A stretch of 63,292 nt of DNA, the filler included. It is 4 parts of 4 records of this genome, joined end to end, with 100 filler letters (N's around TTAATTAATTAA, not from the genome) between each part and the next. Parts side by side here need not be neighbours in the genome. Positions count along the whole stretch, not along the records: positions 46,999 to 57,538 come from DRR723986_8455; positions 57,639 to 63,292 come from DRR723986_8536; 2 more parts are not named here. The stretch is one strand, 5' to 3'. Below, one piece after another: positions 50,485 to 61,009 of the stretch (positions are counted from its first letter, which is position 1; each line of letters begins with the position of its first letter). The notes beneath the pieces are model-generated. The model was given only the letters and a program-made list of their open reading frames with translations. It was not told the origin of the DNA and did not search any database. The translations under genes and the position numbers were made by a program.

Positions 50485-51613
50485 CCCCAAACCCCGTGGC
50501 CGCTGGAAATGGTTACTGGCTGCAATCGTCATTCTGGGCGGCGTCTTGGTCTTTTTAGACGAACTCGAAGACACAGCCGACATTGCCGAAGCGGTCAAGC
50601 CGCCAAGCTTTCCGCTTGTTTCCGTAATCTCAGCGCAGAGCAGCAGCCACGCTGGCAAGGTTCACGGCTTTGCGGAAATCAAACCGCGTTGGTCCGCGAC
50701 CCTTTCTGCCGCCGTATCCGGGCGCATTATCGAAGTGTCAGATCATTCATTGGCGGGCGAACAGGTGAAACAGGGCGATAGCTTGATCCGGATCGAAGAC
50801 AGCAATTTTCGGTTCAATCTCGCACAGGCACAACAACGGCTGTCCGAGGCGGAACTGGCCCTTGTTCAAGCCAAAAACAAATCCGAAGTGGCCCGAAAGC
50901 AAATCGCTCGGGGAAAGACCATTGAGGCCACAGACCTTGCGTTGCATTTACCGCAAATGCGCATCGCAGAACATGCCGTTGCGGCCAGCAAGGTACAGGT
51001 CGAAGCCGCCCGTGAACAGTTGCGTTCGACCGTGATAACCGCCCCATTTTCCGGCTTTGTCACCAAGCGCAATGTCAGCCCGGGCCAAACCGTTACCGCC
51101 GGCCAAGCATTGCTTTCGCTGGTTGATGATCAACGGTTTGATCTTGAGGTGTCTTTGGGGGATGCGGGTTGGATGTTGCTGTCCAAACCCTGGGACCGCC
51201 ATACCGCCAAGCTGTTCAGTCAAACTAATCAGTTTCTTGGAACGGCGCGCATTCGGCGTGGCGGTGGCTTTTTGGATGCCCAAACCAGACAGCGCAAACT
51301 GTTTCTCGAAGTGGTCGAAGCAAAACCCGGCCTGATCCAGCCCGGTGCTTTTGTGAAAGTGGAGCTGAACGGGCGCGAAATCGAACAAACTCTAAGGTTG
51401 CCAGAATCCACGCTGACCCGCGAAGGCGACATTTGGTATGTCGATTCAGAAAACCGGTTGCGACGATTCAAGGCCGACATCAGGTATCGCGAAGGCGCCC
51501 ATGTCGTTGTTCGCGCGCCCGAAACAAGCACGACTCTTGATGTAGTGCGCAATCCGCTTGGATCTTTCTTACCGGGGCTGCAAGTGTCGCCGCGCAAAGT
51601 AGAGGACCAGTGA
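50477..51613 (+). CDS. RND efflux periplasmic adaptor (MFP)
   Basis: N-terminal TM; AVSGRI lipoyl half; coiled hairpin; ITAPFSGFV; PGAFVKV. Confidence 0.93.
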   Translation: MTDPKPRGRWKWLLAAIVILGGVLVFLDELEDTADIAEAVKPPSFPLVSVISAQSSSHAGKVHGFAEIKPRWSATLSAAVSGRIIEVSDHSLAGEQVKQGDSLIRIEDSNFRFNLAQAQQRLSEAELALVQAKNKSEVARKQIARGKTIEATDLALHLPQMRIAEHAVAASKVQVEAAREQLRSTVITAPFSGFVTKRNVSPGQTVTAGQALLSLVDDQRFDLEVSLGDAGWMLLSKPWDRHTAKLFSQTNQFLGTARIRRGGGFLDAQTRQRKLFLEVVEAKPGLIQPGAFVKVELNGREIEQTLRLPESTLTREGDIWYVDSENRLRRFKADIRYREGAHVVVRAPETSTTLDVVRNPLGSFLPGLQVSPRKVEDQ

Positions 51614-51614
51614 C

Positions 51615-54600
51615 ATGCACGCGTTAACCAGCTGGTTCATCCGCAACCCTGTTGCGGCCAACCTTGTTATGGCCCTCATCCTATTTATGGGCGTCATGAC
51701 CGCCCTGACCATCCGGATCGAAGGGTTTCCCCGCATCCCTGCAGAAAACATCGAAATCAGTACCTATTACCGCGGCAGCACGGCCGAACAAGTCGATGAA
51801 CTGATCACGCGAAAGATCGAAAAGGGCCTCGAAGGGTTGGATGGCGTTCGCTCGATCTCATCCACCTCGAGCGCGGCGTCTTCTACGATCTATGTGCGAA
51901 AATCCGGATCACAGGATCTGCAAAAACTGTTGGACAAGATACGGATCCGGGTCGACAGCATTGGCGATCTGCCACAATCTGCGCGTCGCCCTGTGATCCA
52001 GACCGGCGGCTTTGACATCCCCGCGCTTTACGTCAACCTTCATGGGGATACCGATCCGCGTACGTTGCAAAGACTAGCTGAGCGGCTGCGTGAACAACTG
52101 CTTGCAGAACCGGAACTGTCGCGCCTTCAGATCTGGGGGTTGCACGAACGCGAGATGCAGATCGAGGTGCTGCCCTCGGCGTTGGAGCGGTTGAACCTAA
52201 CGGTTGCGCAAGTTGCGCAATCGATCCGCCGCAACTCGGTCGACTTTCAATCAGGGTCCTTGCGCACAGCCGGGGGCGACATTTTCCTGCGCGCCGACAA
52301 CAAAGCCCGATTTGCCAGCGATTATGCACGCATTCCGGTTCTGGAACGCCCAGATGGGTCTGTTGTGCTGCTTGGGGATGTCGCACAGGTGACTGATGGG
52401 TTTGCCGACCGCGACTATCTGTTTCGGTTCAATGGTGAACTGACCGTCGGCATGGTGGTTCAGGTTGGGCGTACCGAAAACTTGTTGACGATTTCCAAGG
52501 TGGTCAAGGAAACGGTCGAGGAATTTCGCCAAATTCTGCCGCCCGAAGTACAGACAACCGTTTGGGGCGACGCGAGTTCCTATATCTCTGATCGTTTGCA
52601 ATTGTTGCAGACCAATGGGTTTCAGGGGCTTTTGCTGGTGGGACTGATGCTGTCGCTGTTCTTGAATGTTCGCTTGGCCTTTTGGGTCGCAATGGGCATT
52701 CCCATATCGGTTATGGGCGCACTGGCTGTGGCGGGCAGCAAATGGGTGGATTACTCGCTCAACGATATCACCACTTTTGGTCTGATCATTGCCTTGGGGA
52801 TTTTGGTCGACGATGCGGTTGTCGTCGGTGAAAGCGTTTTTGAGGAACGCAAAAAACACAAAGACCCGCTGATCGGCACCGAAGCGGGCGTGCGCAAAGT
52901 TGCAGTCGCAACCGTTTTTGGTGTTCTGACGACCATCGCGGCCTTCTTTCCCTTGCTGATGATCAACAACCCGCTGGGCAAAGTTCTAGCCGGGTTTTCG
53001 GGCATGGTCATCTTGGCGCTGTTGTTTTCGCTTTTTGAGAGCAAATTCATCCTGCCCGCCCACCTTGCCCACATCGATATGGACAAAGAGCCCAGCAATT
53101 TTGTCTCGCGCGGTTGGGCGCGGGTGCAATCGGTTTTCAAACGCGGATTGGCGGGTTTCAGGGACGTTATTTATGCCCCCACCCTGCGTCTGGCCTTGAT
53201 CCATCGGTATGCAGTTCTGTTGCTCTTTGTTGCAATGGCCGCGCTTGGCATTGGGCTGATCTACAAAGGCAAAGTCAAAACAACCTTTTTCCCCGAAGTC
53301 CCCGGTCAGGTGATTTCCCTCAGCATGCAGATGGACAAGCGGGCACCCTTTGCCCTGACCCGCGACAATATCTTGTTTATCCAAGATATCGGGGATGCGC
53401 TGAACGCCGAACTGGCTGAAACGCATTCTTTGGCGGAACCGCCAATTCGCAACATCTTTTTCCAGATCTCGGACCCGCGCAGCGCCGAGCTATATGCAGA
53501 GCTAACCCCTGTCGCGGATCGTCCGGGCCTTGGTATTCTTGATATCCTGCGAGACTGGCAAACCCGAGTTGGGCAACTCGAAGGGACCGTCGAGTTGAGT
53601 TTTTCAGGCACCGAAGAGTTGGGCGGCGGGTTCCAGATCCGACTGTTCAGCAAAGACACCGATCTACTGGCCAATGCCAGTGACGAAGTGCGCGCTTATT
53701 TGGGCACAATCGACGGCGTTTCAAACCTGCGCAGCTCATTGCAAGGCGGCGCGCCTGAACTGACCGTGCGTTTAAAACCCGAAGCCCGCCATCTGGGATT
53801 TTCCACCGAAACACTGGCAACCCAGATCGGATATCGTTTTGGCGGGGCCGAAGTGCAAAAGATCCAGCGTGATGATCAAGAGGTGCGCGTCATTGTGCGC
53901 AACGCCACACAAGCGCGCAACACGATAGACGATCTGATGCAATCCCGCCTGCGCAACGAAGCAGGCGATTGGGTGCCGCTGCTGTCCGTGGCCGAAGTCA
54001 GCGGCCGCTACGTGCCCAGTTCCATCACCCGTCGAAATGGTAAGCAGCTCAGCACTGTAAGTGCCTCTATCGACAAATCCAAAGTTTCCCCCGAGGAGAT
54101 CTCGCAAGCAATGTTTGAAACTTTGGTGCCGGATCTTGCTGAACGCTTTCCTTCTGTCGACATTCAAGCCGGGGGCGAGCTTGAGGAGATCGGCGAAGTT
54201 CAGGGCGGGTTGAAACAGGCATTGCTGCTGGCGATGGTGCTGATCTATGTGCTGATGGCGGTGCCGCTCAAATCGTACTGGCAACCGGTGATTATTGTAT
54301 CGGTCGTACCGTTTGGATTTGTGGGGGCAACGATTGGGCACTTGATCATGGACGTGCCGCTTTCACTGCTGTCTTTCTTTGGGATGCTGGCCCTAACGGG
54401 TGTGGTGGTAAATGACTCTTTGGTCATGGTGACACGGTACAATGACGCGCGTCGCGATGGGCACACAGTCCATGAAGCCCTGAAAGACGCAGGGATCGGA
54501 CGGTTTCAGGCTATTTTCCTGACGACAGCCACAACCGTTATCGGTCTGATGCCCCTACTCAGCGAAACATCAGAACAGGCGCAGTATTTGATCCCGGCGG

Positions 54601-54704
54601 CGATTTCGTTGGCCTATGGCGAAATTTTTGCCACGCTGATCACTTTGATCCTGATCCCAGTTCTGCTGGCCATCAGCGACGATATCCGACGGTTTCTAAG
54701 ATAA
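51615..54704 (+). CDS. RND efflux permease (AcrB/AcrD/AcrF family)
   Basis: WFIRNPVAANL; GILVDDAVVVGE; GVVVNDSLV; RFQAIFLTTATT; 1029 aa. Confidence 0.96.
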   Translation: MHALTSWFIRNPVAANLVMALILFMGVMTALTIRIEGFPRIPAENIEISTYYRGSTAEQVDELITRKIEKGLEGLDGVRSISSTSSAASSTIYVRKSGSQDLQKLLDKIRIRVDSIGDLPQSARRPVIQTGGFDIPALYVNLHGDTDPRTLQRLAERLREQLLAEPELSRLQIWGLHEREMQIEVLPSALERLNLTVAQVAQSIRRNSVDFQSGSLRTAGGDIFLRADNKARFASDYARIPVLERPDGSVVLLGDVAQVTDGFADRDYLFRFNGELTVGMVVQVGRTENLLTISKVVKETVEEFRQILPPEVQTTVWGDASSYISDRLQLLQTNGFQGLLLVGLMLSLFLNVRLAFWVAMGIPISVMGALAVAGSKWVDYSLNDITTFGLIIALGILVDDAVVVGESVFEERKKHKDPLIGTEAGVRKVAVATVFGVLTTIAAFFPLLMINNPLGKVLAGFSGMVILALLFSLFESKFILPAHLAHIDMDKEPSNFVSRGWARVQSVFKRGLAGFRDVIYAPTLRLALIHRYAVLLLFVAMAALGIGLIYKGKVKTTFFPEVPGQVISLSMQMDKRAPFALTRDNILFIQDIGDALNAELAETHSLAEPPIRNIFFQISDPRSAELYAELTPVADRPGLGILDILRDWQTRVGQLEGTVELSFSGTEELGGGFQIRLFSKDTDLLANASDEVRAYLGTIDGVSNLRSSLQGGAPELTVRLKPEARHLGFSTETLATQIGYRFGGAEVQKIQRDDQEVRVIVRNATQARNTIDDLMQSRLRNEAGDWVPLLSVAEVSGRYVPSSITRRNGKQLSTVSASIDKSKVSPEEISQAMFETLVPDLAERFPSVDIQAGGELEEIGEVQGGLKQALLLAMVLIYVLMAVPLKSYWQPVIIVSVVPFGFVGATIGHLIMDVPLSLLSFFGMLALTGVVVNDSLVMVTRYNDARRDGHTVHEALKDAGIGRFQAIFLTTATTVIGLMPLLSETSEQAQYLIPAAISLAYGEIFATLITLILIPVLLAISDDIRRFLR

Positions 54705-54738
54705 CCGTCCCTCGGTTCTGGTTTTCGGATCAGAACCG
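54688..54738 (+). terminator. Double hairpin at the end of the RND operon
   Basis: GACGGTT/AACCGTC spans the stop codon, followed by CGGTTCTGGTT-TTCG-GATCAGAACCG. U-tract is weak. Confidence 0.5.
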
Positions 54739-55091
54739 CACATTTGCTGCGATGCAGCGCCCGAATCTGTGAAACCCGCAAAGCCGGTGCACAACTCTGA
54801 TGCGTCAATCCTGACAACAGAGACGGCAAATGCGCCTGAAGCCCTGTGTTACTTTACCCCGAGACAGCAAAAATCCACTCAAATTCCGAGATTCAGCGCA
54901 AAGGAGGTTTGCGTTTTTCGCATTCCCGGCGTAAAGCTGCGCGCGGACAGGAGCTACCCTGGCAAATCCATAGACTGAATATTTTGGACTGTGTTGGAAC
55001 CTATGTTAGGTTTCTCGGAATTTGCCTTGTTGCGGCTATCCATCAGGTAGGAACCGCCACGGGAAACGGGCTCGGAAGAACGTAGCTACAT

Positions 55092-56429
55092 ATGCATAAT
55101 TTCTCATTGAAAAAAGGGTTAAACCTGCCGTTGGCAGGCGCACCCGAACAGAAAATCCACCCAGGTCCAGACTTTGGATCGGTGGGTGTCGTCGGGGCCG
55201 ACTATGTTGGCCTGAAACCCAAAATGCTGGTGCAGGACGGTGATACCGTACAACGCGGCACCCCGCTGTTTTGTCACAAGGATGCGCCAGAGGCTGTCAT
55301 CGTTGCTCCGGCCACGGGTCGGGTCAAGGCAATCAACCGCGGTGCGCGCCGGGTCTTGCAGAGTGTTGTCATCGATATCTCCGATGTAAACGATGCAGGA
55401 ATCGACTTTAGTGCGGTCGGAAACGGCAAAACTGCGGAAGGGCTAACAGAAAAGCTCTGCGCGGCGGGTTTGTGGACCAGTTTCCGCACACGGCCTTATT
55501 CCAAGATGCCCCAGCCGGGCAGCAAGCCGCTGGCGATCTATGTCACGGCGATGGACAGCGAACCGCTGGCCGCGGATGCCGCCCTGATCATCGCAGACGC
55601 CAAAGAGGCGTTTGAAACCGGGCTTAAGGCGATTACGCTGCTGAGCGACGGTGCGACCTATCTGTGCCACAAAGCAGGCGATACGGTTCCCACGGTTGAC
55701 GGCGCGACGGTTGCGACCTTCTCGGGTCCACACCCGGCTGGTTTGGCTGGTACGCACATCCACTTCTTGCAGCCCCCTGTTGGCGAGCAAGTTGTCTGGA
55801 CCATTTCCTATCAGGACGTGATTGCGATTGGTCGTCTGTTGATGACCGGCCATATCGACCCGAACATCGTGATTGCACTGGGTGGTCCTGCTGCGACAAA
55901 TCCGCGTTTGATCCGGACCATGATGGGTGCCTCGACGGACGAGCTGACAGCTAACGAAGTCAGCGCTGATGGCGCTGTTCGTGTCGTGTCCGGTTCGGTT
56001 CTGAGCGGTCGTGCCGCTGACGGACCCGGTGCATACTTGGGCCGTCACGCACGTCAGATCACCATCATGCGCGAGGACACCAAACAGATCCCACTGGGTT
56101 GGATCCGTCCGATGTTTTCGAAATACGCCATTCAGCCCGTATTGGGCTCGGCGTTGACGCGCAAAATGCAGGATCTGGGCACGAACCTGAACGGCGGTCG
56201 CCGGGCAATGGTTCCGACGGGCACCTTTGAAGAACTGATGCCACAGGATTACCTGCCGACACAGTTGCTCCGGGCGCTGTTGGTGATGGACACGGATTCA
56301 GCACAAGCGCTTGGCGCGCTAGAGCTGGACGAAGAAGATCTGGGTCTGGTCGGCTTTGCCTGCCCGGCTAAATACGAATACGGCGAGGCCCTGCGGGACT
56401 GCCTTGCCAAAATTGAAAAGGAGGGCTGA
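55092..56429 (+). CDS. nqrA: Na+-translocating NADH:quinone oxidoreductase subunit A
   Basis: KKGLNLPLAGAP, GLWTSFRTRPYSK, GPHPAG, GALELDEED..CPAKYEYG and IEKEG end. Confidence 0.97.
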   Translation: MHNFSLKKGLNLPLAGAPEQKIHPGPDFGSVGVVGADYVGLKPKMLVQDGDTVQRGTPLFCHKDAPEAVIVAPATGRVKAINRGARRVLQSVVIDISDVNDAGIDFSAVGNGKTAEGLTEKLCAAGLWTSFRTRPYSKMPQPGSKPLAIYVTAMDSEPLAADAALIIADAKEAFETGLKAITLLSDGATYLCHKAGDTVPTVDGATVATFSGPHPAGLAGTHIHFLQPPVGEQVVWTISYQDVIAIGRLLMTGHIDPNIVIALGGPAATNPRLIRTMMGASTDELTANEVSADGAVRVVSGSVLSGRAADGPGAYLGRHARQITIMREDTKQIPLGWIRPMFSKYAIQPVLGSALTRKMQDLGTNLNGGRRAMVPTGTFEELMPQDYLPTQLLRALLVMDTDSAQALGALELDEEDLGLVGFACPAKYEYGEALRDCLAKIEKEG

Positions 56430-56433
56430 GCCT

Positions 56434-57538
56434 ATGGGGCTGCGCAGCTTCTTTGACCGTATCGAGCCAAACTTTACCAAAGGTGGCAAGTACGAGAAAC
56501 TCTTTCCCGTCTATGAGATGGTTGAGAGCTTTATTTACACGCCTAAAACCGTAACCACTGCGGCGCCACATGCGCGATCATACGTGGATATGAAGCGGAT
56601 CATGACCTATGTGGTCATCGCGACGATCCCGGCGATCCTGATGGCGCTGTATAACACCGGCTTTCAAGTTAACTCGGCGCTGGCCGTTCTGGGGAATGAG
56701 GCCGCAACCGGCTGGCGGATTTCGCTGCTGAACGCATTGGGCATTTCACTGGATCCCTCCAGCATCTTTTCCACCATGGTGCACGGGTTCCTGTATTTCC
56801 TACCGATCTATCTGACGACTTTGGTTGTTGGTGGTATCTGGGAAGTTCTGTTCGCAACCATTCGCGGCCACGAAGTCAACGAGGGTTTCCTTGTTACGTC
56901 GATGCTGTACACGCTGATCCTGCCTGCATCGACACCGTTGTGGCAGGTCGCATTGGGCATCTCGTTCGGCGTTGTGATCGGCAAGGAAGTTTTTGGCGGC
57001 ACTGGCAAAAACTTCCTCAACCCGGCGCTGACGGGTCGTGCGTTTCTGTACTTTGCTTATCCAGCGTACATGTCCGGTGACTCGATCTGGACCCCGGTTG
57101 ATGGGTTTTCGGGCGCGACCGCGTTGGGTGTGACTGCTGCGGACGGCGTTCAGGCGCTGGCAGCCAAGGGCATCACTTGGATGGACGCGTTTTTGGGCTT
57201 TGTCCAAGGGTCTATGGGCGAAACATCTGCACTGGCCTGCTTTATTGGTCTGGGCTTTTTGCTGTTCACCAAGATCGCCAACTGGCGTCTGGTCATCGGC
57301 TGTCTTGCAGGCATGATCGGCTTTTCGCTGTTGCTCAACACCATCGGATCCACCACCAACCCCATGTTCGCCATGCCTTGGCATTGGCATCTGGTTCTGG
57401 GTGGCTATGCCTTTGGTCTGGTCTTTATGGTCACAGAACCCGTTTCAGCCAGCCACACCAACGTAGGCCGCTATATCTATGGCGCGTTGATCGGCGTCAT
57501 GGTTGTCTTGATCCGTGTGATCAACCCGGCCTTCCCTG
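56434..57538 (+). CDS. nqrB: Na+-NQR subunit B (3' truncated)
   Basis: PH.R..DMKRIM, VNEGFLVT, GKEVFGGTGKNFLNPAL, DGFSGAT (FMN-Thr site) and FMVTEPVS. Confidence 0.97.
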
Positions 57539-57638
57539 NNNNNNNNNNNNNNNNNNNNNNNNNNNNNNNNNNNNNNNNNNNNTTAATTAATTAANNNNNN
57601 NNNNNNNNNNNNNNNNNNNNNNNNNNNNNNNNNNNNNN
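57539..57638. other. Artificial contig spacer
   Basis: 44 N + TTAATTAATTAA + 44 N. Confidence 0.99.
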
Positions 57639-58001
57639 CTTGGTGTAGAAGCCCGGAATGCCCGCGCCACCTGCGCGAATGCGTTCGGCCAGCGTGCCCT
57701 GAGGGTTGAATTCAAGCTCAAGCTCGCCGTTCAGGTACTGCTTTTCAAAGGTCGCGTTTTCACCCACGTAGGACGAAACCATCTTCTTGATCTGGCGGGT
57801 CTGCAGCAGAAGACCGAGGCCAAAGTCATCGACACCGGCATTGTTGGAAATGGCCGTAATGTCCTTGGCTCCGGAATCCCGGAGCGCCACGATCAGATTT
57901 TCCGGAATGCCGCAGAGGCCGAACCCGCCGGCCATCACCGTCATGCCGTCAAAGGTCAGCCCCTCGAGGGCGGCCTTTGCGTCCGGATAAATTTTGTTCA
58001 T
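57639..58001 (-). CDS. scoA: 3-oxoacid CoA-transferase subunit A (3' truncated)
   Basis: [25 protein letters not shown] and [17 protein letters not shown] motifs. Confidence 0.9.
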
Positions 58002-58299
58002 GTTTCACTCCCGTTTAAGACCGCTACATGCGTGAGGCGCACATTCGCCGCTTGGTTCGACCGGGTCAAGAGCTCTTTCCCGCGTTGCAGCGAAAAACAT
58101 GAATGGCCCGTCACTTAATCGATTTGCGTCACTTTGCCCGGCGCCAAACTGCCGTTGCAGCGCGGGTTTGGGCGGTTTCCGGCAAGTTGTTTATGGTTTG
58201 TAAATCCTTAACGGCAAGAATTGGGCACCGTTCGCGGAGCGTTACAGCCACTCTCCAGCGCACCGGATACCTTGAGCCTACTGAGAGACACTACGCACC

Positions 58300-58545
58300 G
58301 TGTTCCCGTTTCTGTCGACATTCTTCAAGATCGCGGTCATCTCGCTGCTCGTCGGCGCGGGTCTTTCCTTCGTGAACATCACCGCGCAGGACATTCTGGG
58401 CTCCGTCGGCATGAGCCCTCTGGAGCTCTGGATCTATCTGCTGGAGTTTCGGGATTGGGCCATTCCCAACATGATCCTGGGCGCCTTCATCGTCGTGCCG
58501 ATCTGGCTGGTCATCTACCTGATCCGGCCACCGCGAGCGGGATAA
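58300..58545 (+). CDS. Small membrane protein, DUF6460-like
   Basis: Two hydrophobic segments (KIAVISLLVGAGLS; LGAFIVVPIWLVIYL); GTG start. Confidence 0.7.
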   Translation: MFPFLSTFFKIAVISLLVGAGLSFVNITAQDILGSVGMSPLELWIYLLEFRDWAIPNMILGAFIVVPIWLVIYLIRPPRAG

Positions 58546-58555
58546 CATTTCCCGA

Positions 58556-59719
58556 TCAGGCTGTCTGAGGGGTTTTCCGATGTTTCCAGCGATCAACGGT
58601 TTCCTGGAAACTCCGTTTTGCCTTCAGGGCAGTAATCGCCGCGTGACCTTTCACCGTAAGCGGCAAAAGCATGCGTCGTGTCGGCTGTTCCGTGGCGCCG
58701 AACCTGCTTTTGTAACCCTGGTGACCCGTACCGAAACCATAGACCCGAATGTTATTGTCCCGCGCCCAATAGATCGATTGGACCAGTGCCACCATGCCAG
58801 GTGAAAACCGGTGCCATTGCTCCGCCCCGATCGAAATCAGAATAAGGGTGGCGTAGCCATCTTCCACCAACATCGCAACCACGGCGATGGCGTCGTGACC
58901 GGACCTTAACGCCAGAACCTTCAGGGGATTTTCCTGCCCCGCTTGGGCCGCCAGGGCGCGATAGAAGTTTTCCCGGTTGTCCTGTTTCATGGAATTGGCG
59001 CGGCCGAGTGCTTTGAAACGCTCCTCCTTGGAGACGATCAGAGCTTCGAGAATTTTCACACGCTCTTCAGGGGTCGTTGCTTCGACCAACTGAACGTCTT
59101 CGCTTTGGAGCTTGCGAAAGTTGACCCTTGCCTTCTTGTAAATACTTATCCCGGATTTGGCCCCGGCGGCGAGCAGGGCGTCAGTTTCCAGAAAGAGGCT
59201 GCTGCTTTCCGGGCTCGCATTTGGATGCACAAAGAAGGGATTATCAGCTCGGCCTATCGATACGTGCAGTTTCTTGATGTCCACCACATCGGCACCCGGG
59301 ATGGCTTCGATCATGGCGGACATGACCGCCTGCACCGTTTCATCGCCTTCGCTTGCGAGCGCCTCGCTCAATACCGGGCCGTTCTGGTCTGCCACGCCGA
59401 GGTCGGGAGTGGATGCGATGCGAACCGGACCTTTCCTGAAACGGATCAACGGCAGCAATGCAAGCGGGTCCTGCAAACCGGCGCGATAAGCGGCAAGCAC
59501 TCCGAAAGTGTCGCACGCAGCAGGTGCCATTTCCTGAAAAAAGCACTCGACGAACCGCGGTGCCTGAAACGCCGAACATATGGCTCCGCCGGGTAGTGAA
59601 GCCCAAAGCGAGCGCAAAAGGTCCGCGCCGGGCTTCTCATGCCAGACAACATGAAGCTTCTGCCCAGCCACCTGCCCGCGGAAGGTCTCCTTTCCTGCCA
59701 CGCCCGACATCTCCGTCAC
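58556..59719 (-). CDS. GNAT acetyltransferase, CelD/BcsL family
   Basis: SAFQAP, LLPL, ADQNGPVL, RFSPGMV and FGTGHQGYKSRFG motifs. Confidence 0.85.
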   Translation of the reverse strand: MTEMSGVAGKETFRGQVAGQKLHVVWHEKPGADLLRSLWASLPGGAICSAFQAPRFVECFFQEMAPAACDTFGVLAAYRAGLQDPLALLPLIRFRKGPVRIASTPDLGVADQNGPVLSEALASEGDETVQAVMSAMIEAIPGADVVDIKKLHVSIGRADNPFFVHPNASPESSSLFLETDALLAAGAKSGISIYKKARVNFRKLQSEDVQLVEATTPEERVKILEALIVSKEERFKALGRANSMKQDNRENFYRALAAQAGQENPLKVLALRSGHDAIAVVAMLVEDGYATLILISIGAEQWHRFSPGMVALVQSIYWARDNNIRVYGFGTGHQGYKSRFGATEQPTRRMLLPLTVKGHAAITALKAKRSFQETVDRWKHRKTPQTA

Positions 59720-60870
59720 GTATCCACCCCATTCCTGCGCAACGCGATCTGAAGCATATCCTGAGCGGCACGATGCGCTTCACGGGCACCGACAAAGAGC
59801 CGTCCACGCGTGCTGAGTGGCATAAGAAGACGTCGGGAAGGTTGCTCAACCCCACCGAACCGTTGCTTGTATTCCTGTTGTCCTGTGCCGAAGCTGAACC
59901 AGCGAACACCGGTTTGCGCAGCGTGCTCTATCGCCTTGGCAAACAACACCATGCCCGGCGAAAAGGCGTGCCACCGCGGATCCCCGATGGACACCAGTAC
60001 GGCGGTCGCCTGGGAACCAGACATCATCAACACCATGGCCGCAACTGTCTCTTCTCCGCACTTCAGCGCGATGGCCCTGAAAGGCGAGGATGAAGCTTCC
60101 ATCTGCGCAAGGCGGATGTAGAAGTCAGCACGGTCTTCACGTTCCAGACTGTCTTTCCGCCCGAGCTGTCGGAATCTGTCGCTGCGCTGCGCCGCAAGTG
60201 TCTTGAACAATTCAATTCGCTCTTCAGGCGTTTCAGCCTCAACCAGGCTGACACCTTCCTTCACGAGCCTGCGAAATTTGGATCTGGTCTTCTTGTAGAT
60301 GGACTTGCCGCACCAATTGTCCGATCCCTCTCCGTCGCGAAGATCGAGGAGAAGGGAACTGTTCTGGGAAATGGTTTCCGGCATGAAGTTCAATGGGTTT
60401 TCCCGGGCGTCGATCCGGCCATGCAGTTTATGTATGTCAACGATATCCGCATCGTGGAGACGCTCAAAAAATGCCCGGATCATTGCAACCCGGCACTCTC
60501 TGGAGGCCCGGCATCCTGCACCTAGAACTGGTGCATTCTGATCGGCGAGACCAAAATCCGGCATGCCAATGACCCGGATTGGGCCACGCTGGAACCGCAC
60601 CAGCGGCAACAGCATAAAGGGAGAGGCTTCCTCGCCTTGCTCCGCGAAAACGCCCACTGAAAATCGGTAATCACCTGTCTTCAGTTTGGTTTCCTGCAAA
60701 GCTGCAAGAAACTCCGGCGTCTGAAACGGCGTCGATACGACGCCGCCCTTCAACGAAGACCAAAGACCGCTCATATCCGAAAGCGTTGGAGCTTCGAGTT
60801 CACGAACCTTTATCCGGGAAATAGCGCTGCTTTCCAGAGCCAGTAGATGCTCTGTTTCCCGCAATGCCAT
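59716..60870 (-). CDS. GNAT acetyltransferase, CelD/BcsL family (tandem paralog)
   Basis: TPFQTPEF, LLPL, ADQNAPVL, FSPGMVL and FGTGQQEYKQRFG motifs. Start ATG 60870 or upstream. Confidence 0.85.
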   Translation of the reverse strand: MALRETEHLLALESSAISRIKVRELEAPTLSDMSGLWSSLKGGVVSTPFQTPEFLAALQETKLKTGDYRFSVGVFAEQGEEASPFMLLPLVRFQRGPIRVIGMPDFGLADQNAPVLGAGCRASRECRVAMIRAFFERLHDADIVDIHKLHGRIDARENPLNFMPETISQNSSLLLDLRDGEGSDNWCGKSIYKKTRSKFRRLVKEGVSLVEAETPEERIELFKTLAAQRSDRFRQLGRKDSLEREDRADFYIRLAQMEASSSPFRAIALKCGEETVAAMVLMMSGSQATAVLVSIGDPRWHAFSPGMVLFAKAIEHAAQTGVRWFSFGTGQQEYKQRFGGVEQPSRRLLMPLSTRGRLFVGAREAHRAAQDMLQIALRRNGVDT

Positions 60871-61009
60871 CACTCGCAATACCCCAATAAAAACCATCGG
60901 CCCGGACACACCAATGAAGTGTACCGCCCGACCGTAAAATAGGCATGGTTTTGTTAAAATTCAGTATTGTCTACACAATATCACCGACTTCTGGAAGCTT
61001 CGGAAATCA

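Noticed and set aside
31657-57638. Repeated TTAATTAATTAA motif and any gene associations across the N-runs
   Set aside because: Identical 100-bp artificial linkers join unrelated contigs; ORFs reading through them (ending in XXXLIN) are artefacts.
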